Assembly (NCBI GenBank): GCA_947630825.1 | Contig: CANRJA010000009.1 | Location: forward strand, 686-64,685 | Origin: an uncultured Clostridia bacterium | Lineage (GTDB): Bacteria; Bacillota; Clostridia; Oscillospirales; Ruminococcaceae | Direction: 5' to 3' | DNA: 64,000 bases | Shown here: positions 10,029-19,744 of the stretch, in pieces | Numbering within the stretch: the stretch's first letter is position 1 | How the letters are laid out: every line of letters starts with the position of its first letter | Position numbers and translations under genes: made by a program | The notes under the pieces: model-generated | Databases searched by the model: none | The model's input: the letters and a program-made list of their open reading frames with translations, nothing else | What the model was told of the DNA's origin: nothing

Positions 10029-10059
10029 ATCCGCAGAGATTTTATTTATCTCTGCGGAT
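10029..10059. other. Perfect 12-bp stem-loop between the ATPase gene and the galT RBS
   Basis: ATCCGCAGAGAT-TTTATTT-ATCTCTGCGGAT. The T-run lies on the plus-strand side only. Confidence 0.6.
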
Positions 10060-10146
10060 GATTTTTAAATAGTATAGCATATTTTGCACAAATTTGCAAC
10101 TATTGAAGTTTTTATGTTTTTCTTATCCTGAGTTTAGAATATAACG

Positions 10147-12798
10147 CTACTTACTAAACTTATTGATTACAACTGACAAAAGAGGTACCATCACCGCGCA
10201 TGCTATAGACAAAGACAGCATTTTCAGATTAAGAGGAACAGCAGAAAAGATTACCGACAAAGTGGGCATATAGATAACCAATATCAGCACTATCAAAGAA
10301 GCCAGAACTGAAAAAATCAAAAACCAGTTATTAAAAAGCTTTATTTTCAGCAGGCTTTCGTCCTCGCTTTTACATTCAAAAACGTGAATAAGCTGGCTCA
10401 GTACAAGGGTGAACAAAGCGCAGGTCCTAGCGACAGGCTCTCCCTCGCCTAGAGCAAGAGCCATAACAAAACTTGCCAAAGTACAAAGGCCTATAAATAT
10501 TCCTCTAAAAACTATTTTAGAAAGCAGCCCTCCTGAAAAGAAGTTATCCTCCGGTCTTCTAGGCGGCTTATAAAGAACGTCGTCGTATACCGGCTCAAGA
10601 CCCAGAGCAACAGCAGGCAGACCGTCGGTAACGAGATTTACAAGAAGTATCTGCGCAGGTAAAAGCACAATGGGAAGTCCCATTAAAATGCCTATAAACA
10701 TAACGCACACTTCGCCAATATTGCAGGACAATAGATATCTAACAAATTTTCTTATGTTCAAGAATATACCTCTGCCGTTTTTAACAGCCATAACTATCGT
10801 CTTGAAGTTGTCGTCTAAAAGCGTTATATCGCTTACGCTCTTTGTAACGTCGGTTCCGCTTCCCATAGCTATACCTACCGAAGCCTCTTTAATTGCCGGA
10901 GCGTCGTTTACCCCATCGCCCGTCATAGCGACAATTTCGCCTCCGGCTTTTAAAATCCTTACGATTCTCAGCTTATGCGCAGGGCTTACCCTTGAAAGTA
11001 CCCTTACCTTTTTAAGAGCAATACTAAGCTCCTGATCGTCCATTTCGTCTATTTCGCTTCCGTTGAGCGCCTCGTCATCACTCTTAATTATACCTGCCTT
11101 TTTTGCGATCTCGCAGGCGGTGAGTTTATGGTCACCGGTGAGCATAATAACTTTGATTTTTGCCCTTTTGCAAAGAGCTATCGAGCGTTTTATCTCAGGT
11201 CTTAACGGGTCGAGAAGTCCCATTATGCCAAGAAATATTCTCTTTTCGCCAACCACCTCGGAAAAGGCTATTACCCTTAACCCCTTTTTAGACATCTCAT
11301 CACGTTTTTGCTCAATTAGCTTGATTTCAGTTACGCCCAGTTCTTTAAGCTCCTTACCCTGAAAATAATACTCGCAGTTATCTATGATAACGTCAAGCGC
11401 GCCTTTTGTATACTCTATCTCAAGCCCCGATTTATCCTCCACTCTTACGGTCATTTTGCGCTTTTCACTTTCAAAAGGATCTTCAAAAAGCTTTTTGAAC
11501 CCCTCGCCTTCAGAAGTGATTTTAGCCGCCATACCTGCGATCTTCATTGCCGCCTCTAACGGGTCTCCCGAAGTTTCATAAGTCTTTAAAATATTTCTGC
11601 GATTTCTTGTGTTGTTTCCTATTACCTGTTCTTTGACTGAAATTTTAGAATTGTTGCAGGCGACTCCGCACCTTAGCATTTCATATAGAGACGGCAAAGC
11701 GACAGGCTCCGCTTTTATGCTTTCACCTTTTAAATAAAATTCCCCGTGATCTTTTGAGTCCCTGAGTTCAAAATCGTTTTCTAATGTTGAAAGCTCCGAC
11801 ACCTTCATTTTATTTTCAGTAAGCGTACCTGTCTTGTCTGTGCAAATAACCGTTGCCGAGCCTAGCGTCTCTACCGAGTGAAGCCTTCTTACAAGAGCGT
11901 TTTTCTTCAACATTCTGGAAACTGCCAGCGCAAGCGCAATAGTAACAGCGGCAGGGAGTCCCTCGGGGATTGCCGCAATAGCTATCGTAATGCCCGTCAT
12001 AAGCATTGTGAAAACTTCTTCGCCTCTGATTATTCCGGCAGTTGTAACAACAACGCAAACCGCCATACATATCACAGCGAGAACCTTTGAAAGGTGTTTC
12101 AACTTTGACTGAAGAGGAGTTTCCCCCGATTCGATCGAATGTAGCATACTTCCGACCTTACCCATTTGTGTGTCCCTGCCTGTACTTGTCGCCTCTGCTA
12201 GAGCGTTTCCTCTGGTAACTACTCCTCCCATATAAAGCATATACGGCAAATTAAGCTCTCCAAAGAAGTTCTCATTTTCTCTTGCCTTTTTTGAAACAGC
12301 TTTTGATTCTCCTGTTAAAACAGATTCATCACAGCTTAAGAAATTCTGCTCTTTTATGTATGCGTCGCAGGGTATCCTATCCCCTGTTTCCACTTCAAAA
12401 ACGTCTCCGACAACAATATCCTCAGACGGGATTTTTATAAGCTTGCCGTCACGGTAAACCTTTGCCGTCGGAGCCGCCAGCTTTTCTAAAGACATAAGAG
12501 TTCTTTCAGTTCTGAACTCCTGAATAAAACCTATTATCGAGTTAAGCGCAACTATAATAGTAATGGTGAATGCGTCATATATCTCCCCTACCAAAACGGA
12601 CACAACCGTAGCGCATAAAAGAATTATAACAAGAATATCCCTAAACTGATTTCCGAATATCTTTAAGACATTCGGCTTTTTTGGTTTTTCAAGCTGGTTT
12701 TTTCCGTACAGCTTTTGCCTTCTTTTCGCCTCGTCACTGCTAAGCCCTATCATATTTTCTTTTCTTTCAATTTTGTTTTGCTCCAATATATCAAGCAT
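10147..12798 (-). CDS. P-type cation-transporting ATPase, Ca2+ (PMCA/SERCA-like, P2 type)
   Basis: 883 aa. DKTGTLT phosphorylation motif, TGES actuator motif, TGDGVNDAPA hinge, PEGLP in TM4, 10-TM layout. Confidence 0.88.
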   Translation of the reverse strand: MLDILEQNKIERKENMIGLSSDEAKRRQKLYGKNQLEKPKKPNVLKIFGNQFRDILVIILLCATVVSVLVGEIYDAFTITIIVALNSIIGFIQEFRTERTLMSLEKLAAPTAKVYRDGKLIKIPSEDIVVGDVFEVETGDRIPCDAYIKEQNFLSCDESVLTGESKAVSKKARENENFFGELNLPYMLYMGGVVTRGNALAEATSTGRDTQMGKVGSMLHSIESGETPLQSKLKHLSKVLAVICMAVCVVVTTAGIIRGEEVFTMLMTGITIAIAAIPEGLPAAVTIALALAVSRMLKKNALVRRLHSVETLGSATVICTDKTGTLTENKMKVSELSTLENDFELRDSKDHGEFYLKGESIKAEPVALPSLYEMLRCGVACNNSKISVKEQVIGNNTRNRRNILKTYETSGDPLEAAMKIAGMAAKITSEGEGFKKLFEDPFESEKRKMTVRVEDKSGLEIEYTKGALDVIIDNCEYYFQGKELKELGVTEIKLIEQKRDEMSKKGLRVIAFSEVVGEKRIFLGIMGLLDPLRPEIKRSIALCKRAKIKVIMLTGDHKLTACEIAKKAGIIKSDDEALNGSEIDEMDDQELSIALKKVRVLSRVSPAHKLRIVRILKAGGEIVAMTGDGVNDAPAIKEASVGIAMGSGTDVTKSVSDITLLDDNFKTIVMAVKNGRGIFLNIRKFVRYLLSCNIGEVCVMFIGILMGLPIVLLPAQILLVNLVTDGLPAVALGLEPVYDDVLYKPPRRPEDNFFSGGLLSKIVFRGIFIGLCTLASFVMALALGEGEPVARTCALFTLVLSQLIHVFECKSEDESLLKIKLFNNWFLIFSVLASLIVLILVIYMPTLSVIFSAVPLNLKMLSLSIACAVMVPLLSVVINKFSK

Positions 12799-13077
12799 TT
12801 TAAACCTCCATCTATAAGCGTATCCTTAGATTGTGTATGTTTTATACTTATTCGGCTTGTACTTCACTTATGCTTGAAATTTGTTTTTAAAATTCTGCTT
12901 GTTCATCTTGATTGTTTTTTTGATAGGATACTATCTGTCAAAAAATTCATTGATTTGTATTTTAAATAGTTGTATAATGTTATATAAGTAAAATGGTATA
13001 ATATTTCTAAAAATTTTAAGTTTATAAATCTTTATTTGAAAAGAAGGGAATTTGCTCTAATAAGAGCATGGTAGTTT

Positions 13078-13833
13078 ATGCGTTTTAATACATACGGAAT
13101 AACCGATATAGGCAAATTCAGAAAAAAGAACGAGGACGCTATTATGGTCGGAGAAACTATTTGTACCGACGGAATTTTAGAAACTGAAATAGCGCCTCCG
13201 TTTTTTGCGGCGGTCTGCGACGGAGTAGGCGGAGAAAAATCGGGCGAGATAGCGTCCTCGCTGACGCTTGAAAAACTGCTTATGACAACATATACAAAGG
13301 TGACTGAGCTTAAAACAAGAGTATTCGGTATACACGACGAACTTATTGAATACGGCAGAGAACACCCTGAATCGTTCAATATGCAGACAACTCTGTGTCT
13401 TGTGGCATTTGACGCAGACAACAATATCTCCTGCATAAACGTAGGCGACAGCAGAGCTTATTTATTAAAGTCAGGAAACCTGAAGCAAATCTCGACAGAT
13501 CAATCGCTAAAGGAATTTTTAAATGAAACAGGTCGGTCAAAAATATTCGAGCAGGACAGCGATAAAATCAAGCACGTTATTATATCCTCTCTGGGGAATT
13601 CAAAGCAATACCCTATGGTGGATTTGACCAACATATCAGAAAAGCTTGAAAAGGGAGATACGTTAATGCTTTGCTCAGACGGCGTTTCCGACAATTTATC
13701 GGTTAAAAATATAAAAGAGGTTCTTAGATCCTCTCAGACTGTTAAGGTCAAGGCTGAAAGTCTTATAAACAAGGCTGTTAAATGCGGAAGCCGTGACAAC
13801 CTTTCGGTTATACTTATTGAAGTCAAGGAATAG
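13078..13833 (+). CDS. PP2C-family Ser/Thr protein phosphatase
   Basis: 251 aa. GKFRKKNEDA, CDGVGGE and LCSDGVSD metal-binding motifs of PPM/PP2C. Confidence 0.85.
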   Translation: MRFNTYGITDIGKFRKKNEDAIMVGETICTDGILETEIAPPFFAAVCDGVGGEKSGEIASSLTLEKLLMTTYTKVTELKTRVFGIHDELIEYGREHPESFNMQTTLCLVAFDADNNISCINVGDSRAYLLKSGNLKQISTDQSLKEFLNETGRSKIFEQDSDKIKHVIISSLGNSKQYPMVDLTNISEKLEKGDTLMLCSDGVSDNLSVKNIKEVLRSSQTVKVKAESLINKAVKCGSRDNLSVILIEVKE

Positions 13834-13905
13834 GCTGTAATATATTTTTATAAAGCGAAAATAATAACAGTAATCGTGACATCATGAAAAATACACTTAG
13901 AAACG

Positions 13906-14739
13906 GTGACTAAAATGTTTGACAATAAAGAAATAATTGATTTTTGCAAAAGCTATGAGATATGCGACGCGCACGCTCATATCTTTCCGAAAAAAATATC
14001 AGAAAAGGCGGTTTCGTCGATCGGGGACTTCTACAGCATACCTATGAGCTGTAAAAACGGAATATCGGACGAGCTTATCGAATGTGGGGATAAAATCGGG
14101 GTCAGCCACTATCTTGTCTGCTCAACGGCGACAGTTCCGCATCAGGTTGAGAGCATAAACAGCTTTATAATGAACGAGTGCGAGCTTCACCCTGAATTTG
14201 TAGGTTTTGGAACGCTCCACCCTGATTATGACAATATCGAAAAAGAAGTCGACCGTATAATAAGCTCCGGCTTGAGAGGAATTAAGATCCACCCTGATTT
14301 TCAGGAGTTTTATATTGACGATGACAAAGCCGAAAAAATTTACAGAGCCATTGAAGGCAAGCTGCCTATTTTGATTCATATGGGAGATCCGAGATATGAT
14401 TACTCCCGTCCTAAAAGGCTTGAAAACGTAATGAAAGCCTTTCCTAAGTTAGAGGTATTTGCGGCTCACTTAGGCGGCTATGAGCGATGGGACGAAGCTA
14501 TAACCTGTCTTTTCGGCAAAAACATACATTTTGATACAAGCTCGTCTCTTGAGTTTTTGTCGCCCGACTATGCAAGGGATATTATTAGAGGCTTCGGGGT
14601 CGATAAAATATTTTTCGGAACAGACTTCCCTATGTGGGATCACTACGGGGAAATTCAAAGATTTATGAGACTTAGCTTGAATGACGACGAAAACAAAAAA
14701 ATACTGGGTGATAATTTTATAAAGTATTTTAATTTATAA
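13906..14739 (+). CDS. Amidohydrolase-family metal-dependent hydrolase (TIM barrel)
   Basis: 277 aa. N-terminal CDAHAH metal-binding motif, later IHMGD and FGTDFP. The ATG at 13915 is a possible alternative start. Confidence 0.65.
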   Translation: MTKMFDNKEIIDFCKSYEICDAHAHIFPKKISEKAVSSIGDFYSIPMSCKNGISDELIECGDKIGVSHYLVCSTATVPHQVESINSFIMNECELHPEFVGFGTLHPDYDNIEKEVDRIISSGLRGIKIHPDFQEFYIDDDKAEKIYRAIEGKLPILIHMGDPRYDYSRPKRLENVMKAFPKLEVFAAHLGGYERWDEAITCLFGKNIHFDTSSSLEFLSPDYARDIIRGFGVDKIFFGTDFPMWDHYGEIQRFMRLSLNDDENKKILGDNFIKYFNL

Positions 14740-14839
14740 TTTAGTATGTCGAAAAGCTCCCTGCAAGAGAGGGCTGCCCCTAAAACAGAATTTATGTTCT
14801 TTTAAATTATATTCAAAATAAGGAGTAAACTATAAAATT

Positions 14840-15817
14840 ATGAATTTAGTTCTTTGGAGTTTATGTTATATAGTGCTTGCCGCATTGGTAGTAGTTCTTT
14901 CGGTAAAGCTTGCCGACTATGTGGATTTAATAGACAAGAAAACCGATATATCAGGTGCGTTTATCGGCGGAGTTGTTCTTGCCGCCGTTACATCGCTGCC
15001 TGAGCTTTTCACCTCTTTTTCAGCGGTCGTTATTGTTAAAAATCCAAGCCTTGTAATCGGAAACATTTTAGGCAGCAACCTTTTTAATATGACTATATTC
15101 GGTATTTTAATGTTCATATGGGCTAAAAAATTCTCAAAAGCAATGGTCGGGAAAAGCCACTTTAAAATAACAATGTTTTCTCTTTTCCTGTTTACCCTGA
15201 TGTTTCTTGCGGTGGTACTCGGTCTTGATTACAGTATATTCAGCATAAGCATATACTCTCTTATCATCATAATCACCTATGTTTTTTCTATAAGATATAT
15301 GGCGAACGACGACAGCGATAACGATGAAAAAACAAACAACCCTTTGACTATCAAAGAAATCGCAGTAAGGTTTGTAATTCTGGCGGTAATTCTGGTAGGC
15401 GTTTCAATTTCTATAACCTACGTTACCGACATCTTAGCTGAAGGCTTTAATTTGGGCGCAACAATCGCCGGAGCTTTATTCTTGGGTATTGCTACAAGCC
15501 TTCCCGAGCTTACCTCTACCTTTGCGCTGGCTAAAAAATCAAACTTCAACGCCGCAACAGGAAACATTCTCGGCAGCGGAGTGTTTAATTTTACGATTCT
15601 CGCTGTTTCAGATATTCTTTATAGGAACGGCTCGGTATTTAAAAGCAAAGGTTCGGGTTCACTTGTTATCTTCGGGTTTATCGCTACATTTATCACCGGA
15701 CTTTGCTTGTTCTTAAAAAACAGAAAATCAGATAAAGACACAAACTTCAGTATATTTTACAGAATAATGGGAGCTTTAATAGTGCTTTGCTATATTCTGT
15801 TTATAGTATTGTCTTAG
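14840..15817 (+). CDS. CaCA-family cation/Ca2+ exchanger membrane protein
   Basis: 325 aa. Two alpha-repeat signatures: SLPELFTS...GNILGSNLFN and SLPELTST...GNILGSGVFN. Confidence 0.82.
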   Translation: MNLVLWSLCYIVLAALVVVLSVKLADYVDLIDKKTDISGAFIGGVVLAAVTSLPELFTSFSAVVIVKNPSLVIGNILGSNLFNMTIFGILMFIWAKKFSKAMVGKSHFKITMFSLFLFTLMFLAVVLGLDYSIFSISIYSLIIIITYVFSIRYMANDDSDNDEKTNNPLTIKEIAVRFVILAVILVGVSISITYVTDILAEGFNLGATIAGALFLGIATSLPELTSTFALAKKSNFNAATGNILGSGVFNFTILAVSDILYRNGSVFKSKGSGSLVIFGFIATFITGLCLFLKNRKSDKDTNFSIFYRIMGALIVLCYILFIVLS

Positions 15818-15832
15818 CGGGAGGAAATTAAA

Positions 15833-17959
15833 TTGGCTGACAAATTATATGATAACCGAGAGCTTTCTTGGCTTAAATTCAACCAGCGTGTTTTAGAAGA
15901 ATCAAACGACAGCTCAGTACCGCTTTTGGAAAGGCTGTTTTTTTCCTCTATATATTCGAGCAATCTCGACGAATTTTTTATGGTTCGTGTAGGCTCGCTT
16001 CACGACCAGATGCTTATAGACGATGATGACCTGGACGGAAAAACAAAAATGAGACCGTCGGAGCAGCTTAACGCAATTTTCAAGAGGGTTGCACAGCTAA
16101 ATATAAAACACGACGAATATTTTGAAAAGCTGTCGAACGAACTCAAAGAAAACGGAATAAAGCAAGTAAGCGTCAAGGACCTTTCAAAAGAGGACAAGGA
16201 ATTTGTAAACAGATTTTTCAAATACGAGGTAAGCCCATTTCTGTCTCCCCAGATAATCAACAAACGGCATCCTTTTCCTTTTCTTAACGGCAAAGATATC
16301 TATGCCGTTGTACGTCTTTCATCAAAATCCAGCATTTCGCTTGGTATAGTAAACACTTCCGGAGTGTTTTCAAGAGTTCTTTTTCTTCCAGGCAAAAAGA
16401 AGATAAGATACATTTTAGTCGAGGACATAATTTTACACAACGCAGGCAAAATATTTTCAGACTATAAGATAGAAGAAAAAAGCCTTATCCGTGTTACAAG
16501 AAACGCAGATATAGACGTCAAGGAAGCGCTTTTTGATCAGGAAATGGATTTTAGAGGCGCTATGTCGGAGCTTATTAAAAAACGAAAAAGGCTTTGCGCT
16601 GTAAGGATCCAGCTTTCAAGAGAGCTTTCGTCCTCCACAATTTCAGAGCTGTCATCACGCCTTGACATATCAAAAAAGCAGTTTTTTGTCGAAAAAACGC
16701 CTCTTGATATGTCTTACGTTTTCACAGTAAGAGACAAAGCAAAAGACCAGTCAAATCTGTTCTTTAATGAGCAAATTCCTCAGAAATCTCCTATGGTTGA
16801 CGAATCAACCTCTATGATTTCTCAGATAGATAAGAAAGATATATTCCTATCCTATCCATACGAAAGTATCAAACCGTTTATTCGTCTCTTGCAGGAGGCG
16901 GCTTATGATAAAAGCGTAGTATCAATAAAAATAACTCTATACCGTGTAGCTAAGGCAAGCAAAATCGTAGAGGCTTTGATTGACGCCGCTGAAAACGGAA
17001 AGGACGTTATGGCTCTAGTCGAGCTTCGTGCAAGATTCGACGAGGAAAACAATATAGACTGGTCAAAGCGTCTTGAGAAAGCGGGAGTTAAGGTAATATA
17101 CGGTCCGGAGGATTTAAAGGTACACTCAAAGCTGCTGCTTATTACAAGGAAATACGGCAACAAAGCTAAATACACAGTTCAGGTGGGAACGGGAAACTAC
17201 AACGAAAAAACGGCGGAGCTTTATACCGACGTTTGCCTTATGACATCTCATCAGGGAATAGCCCAGGACGCTGTCAATGTTTTTAACGCACTTGCAACAG
17301 ATAATCTTGTTGAAAAGGCAAACCATCTTCTGGTTGCGCCTAAGGCTTTACGCCCTCAGCTAATTGAAATGATGAACGAGGAGATACAAAAAGTCAAGAA
17401 CGGAAAACAGGCATACATAGGCATAAAGGCAAACTCGCTCACCGACAAGGTTCTTATAAAAAAGCTTATTGAATGTTCAAAGGCAGGAGTTGAAATCGAG
17501 CTTGTCATTCGAGGCATATGCTGTCTAATTCCGGGTATCGAGGGAGAAACAGAAAACATCAAGGTCGTATCCATAGTTGGCAGATACTTAGAGCACGCAA
17601 GATTTTATATTTTCGGAAGGGACGAGGAGCAAAGAGTTTATATTTCCTCGGCAGACTTTATGACAAGGAATACCATAAGACGTGTTGAGGTTGCGGTTCC
17701 GATATACGACAATCAAATAAAGGAAAGGGTTTATAAATACTTTAAAACCCAGATAAACGATAATGTCAAGGGCAGAGTTTTGCAGTCAAATGGCAGTTAC
17801 AAAAAGCAAAAGCAGGACGACTTTGACACAATTAACGCTCAGCAGATATTCTTTGACGAGGCATATAAAAACGCTCCAAAGACTGAGGCTGAACCGTCAG
17901 CTGGAAAAAAGAATAAATCTATATTTAAACGTATTTTATCACTCTTTAAAAAGAAATAA
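15833..17959 (+). CDS. ppk: Polyphosphate kinase 1
   Basis: 708 aa, TTG start. N-terminal NRELSWLKFNQRVLEE and two PLD-like HKD-type domains (KVHSKLLLI, RYLEHARFYIF). Confidence 0.93.
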   Translation: MADKLYDNRELSWLKFNQRVLEESNDSSVPLLERLFFSSIYSSNLDEFFMVRVGSLHDQMLIDDDDLDGKTKMRPSEQLNAIFKRVAQLNIKHDEYFEKLSNELKENGIKQVSVKDLSKEDKEFVNRFFKYEVSPFLSPQIINKRHPFPFLNGKDIYAVVRLSSKSSISLGIVNTSGVFSRVLFLPGKKKIRYILVEDIILHNAGKIFSDYKIEEKSLIRVTRNADIDVKEALFDQEMDFRGAMSELIKKRKRLCAVRIQLSRELSSSTISELSSRLDISKKQFFVEKTPLDMSYVFTVRDKAKDQSNLFFNEQIPQKSPMVDESTSMISQIDKKDIFLSYPYESIKPFIRLLQEAAYDKSVVSIKITLYRVAKASKIVEALIDAAENGKDVMALVELRARFDEENNIDWSKRLEKAGVKVIYGPEDLKVHSKLLLITRKYGNKAKYTVQVGTGNYNEKTAELYTDVCLMTSHQGIAQDAVNVFNALATDNLVEKANHLLVAPKALRPQLIEMMNEEIQKVKNGKQAYIGIKANSLTDKVLIKKLIECSKAGVEIELVIRGICCLIPGIEGETENIKVVSIVGRYLEHARFYIFGRDEEQRVYISSADFMTRNTIRRVEVAVPIYDNQIKERVYKYFKTQINDNVKGRVLQSNGSYKKQKQDDFDTINAQQIFFDEAYKNAPKTEAEPSAGKKNKSIFKRILSLFKKK

Positions 17960-17963
17960 AAAT

Positions 17964-18006
17964 AACTCCTTTGGGTTTTTAAAAAATCCAAAGGAGTTTT
18001 TATTTT
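17964..18006. terminator. Bidirectional intrinsic terminator between ppk and the convergent membrane-protein gene
   Basis: AACTCCTTTGG / CCAAAGGAGTT stem, with an A-tract upstream and TTTATTTT downstream. Confidence 0.8.
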
Positions 18007-18017
18007 GATTCATCTTA

Positions 18018-18590
18018 TCAGGCTGCCGCAGCTTTTGATACTCTATTTGCGATATCCTTTCTGAAAATCAGTTTAAAAAGAGTTCTAACCAACGGCTGAA
18101 TGAAAAACAGCTGTGAAAAGAACGCGAACGGAAAGTTAAAGCACATAAGCTTTAACCAATTTGCAAGCAGTGTGAAGATGTTAAATCCACTGTAGTAAGG
18201 ATAGTAAAGCAGAGCCGCAATAAAACTCATTGCAGGACACATAAGAGCTACAGTTGAACAGATTATAGCTGTTTCAAAATACATAGGCTTTGAAGTTTTA
18301 GGATCAAACACCCTGCAAGCCAGCTTGAACGAGCAGGGACTTCCCATAAATATTTCAAGCGAAAAAGCCAAAACAAACTCTGTAATCACAACAGCCCATA
18401 TCGGAAGGTATGTGCCGAACATATAAACTCCTCCCTGATGATTGATAGCTGAAATTACGCTGTTTGTTCCGTTGACCGTCATAAGAGCGTTTCCGTTTAC
18501 CACATACAAACTGAAAAACACATACGCGTGAACTGTTATCAGCACTGTCAGAAAAGCGAAAACCATTCTCTGAAATTGATTTCTTGGCAT
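18018..18590 (-). CDS. Multi-pass membrane protein, possibly DUF2798-like
   Basis: ORF 18018-18656. Start moved to ATG 18590 (MPRNQFQRMVFAF...), which is preceded by GGAG. Two similar hydrophobic halves. Family assignment is from memory only. Confidence 0.5.
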   Translation of the reverse strand: MPRNQFQRMVFAFLTVLITVHAYVFFSLYVVNGNALMTVNGTNSVISAINHQGGVYMFGTYLPIWAVVITEFVLAFSLEIFMGSPCSFKLACRVFDPKTSKPMYFETAIICSTVALMCPAMSFIAALLYYPYYSGFNIFTLLANWLKLMCFNFPFAFFSQLFFIQPLVRTLFKLIFRKDIANRVSKAAAA

Positions 18591-18813
18591 AAATAATCTC
18601 CTTTTTCTTTTTTTAGAACACAAAAAGACACACGAATACTTAAATATGTAAATCACAGAAAGCCCGTTCCGTAATCAGATTTACATACATAAAGTATCAC
18701 ATGTGTCGTTGCGAACTGTATTTATTGCAGATGTTTATCTGCATTGCTTAAAATTATATCACTTTTAACGGTATTTGTCAATATCTTAGGAATAAATTTC
18801 TTGTCATTAAAAA

Positions 18814-19728
18814 TCAATCCTTATCTTTCATACACAAAACCATAACTGCTTTTTGAGCGTGAAGTCTGTTTTCTGCCTCTTCAAATATCTCATCAGCGTG
18901 AGCTTCAAATACCTTTTCAGTGATTTCCTCTTCCCTGTGAGCAGGCAGACAATGCTGAACCATAGCGTCAGGCTTAGCAACCGCCATAACCTCGTCATTT
19001 ATCTGATAGCCCTCAAATGCAATCCTTCTCTTTTCGGTTTCTGCTTCCTCGCCCATTGATGTCCAGACATCGGTAAACAAAACGTCGCAGTCTTTAGCAG
19101 CCTCAATAGGCTTGTCGGTCATAAAGAACTTGTCACCGTACTCTTTTGCAAAATCCAAGACCTGCTTGTCAGGCTGATAATCGGCAGGGCAAGCGATAGA
19201 CACGCTCATTCCGACTTTTAAACAACCTACAATAAGCGAGTTAGCCATATTGTTTCCGTCTCCGATATAACCCATCTTCAGCCCCTCAAGACGTCCCTTG
19301 AACTCTCTTATAGTCATAAGGTCTGCAAGAACCTGACACGGATGACAGAAATCAGTAAGCCCGTTGATTACGGGAATGGAGCCAAACTTCGCCAGATCCT
19401 CGACCTCTTTTTGCTCGAAGGTCCTAATCATAATTCCGTCAATATAGCGTGACAACACCCTTGCCGTGTCCTGAACCGGCTCTCCCCTGCCTATCTGCAA
19501 ATCATTAGACGACAGAAACAGCGGATTTCCTCCTAACTGATACATTCCCGTTTCAAACGAAACTCTTGTTCTGGTCGAGGCTTTCTGAAATATCATACCT
19601 AAAGTCTTACCCTTGAGCAAGTGATGCTCTATGCCGTTTTTGTTTTCATACTTCAACTGGTCAGCAAGATTTAAAATTTCAATAATCTCCTCTTTTGATA
19701 AATCAAGCATTTTAAGTAAATGTTTCAT
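18814..19728 (-). CDS. argF: Ornithine carbamoyltransferase
   Basis: 304 aa. STRTRVSFE carbamoyl-phosphate motif; HCLPAHR. Confidence 0.93.
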   Translation of the reverse strand: MKHLLKMLDLSKEEIIEILNLADQLKYENKNGIEHHLLKGKTLGMIFQKASTRTRVSFETGMYQLGGNPLFLSSNDLQIGRGEPVQDTARVLSRYIDGIMIRTFEQKEVEDLAKFGSIPVINGLTDFCHPCQVLADLMTIREFKGRLEGLKMGYIGDGNNMANSLIVGCLKVGMSVSIACPADYQPDKQVLDFAKEYGDKFFMTDKPIEAAKDCDVLFTDVWTSMGEEAETEKRRIAFEGYQINDEVMAVAKPDAMVQHCLPAHREEEITEKVFEAHADEIFEEAENRLHAQKAVMVLCMKDKD

Positions 19729-19744
19729 ATTTATTTCTCCTTTA

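Noticed and set aside
12950-12978. TTGATT-17-TATAAT as the promoter of the PP2C gene
   Set aside because: The hexamers are perfect, but they lie 100 nt upstream in very AT-rich DNA where other -10-like sequences also occur (for example TGGTATAAT near 12994). I could not choose between them, so it is not reported as a feature.
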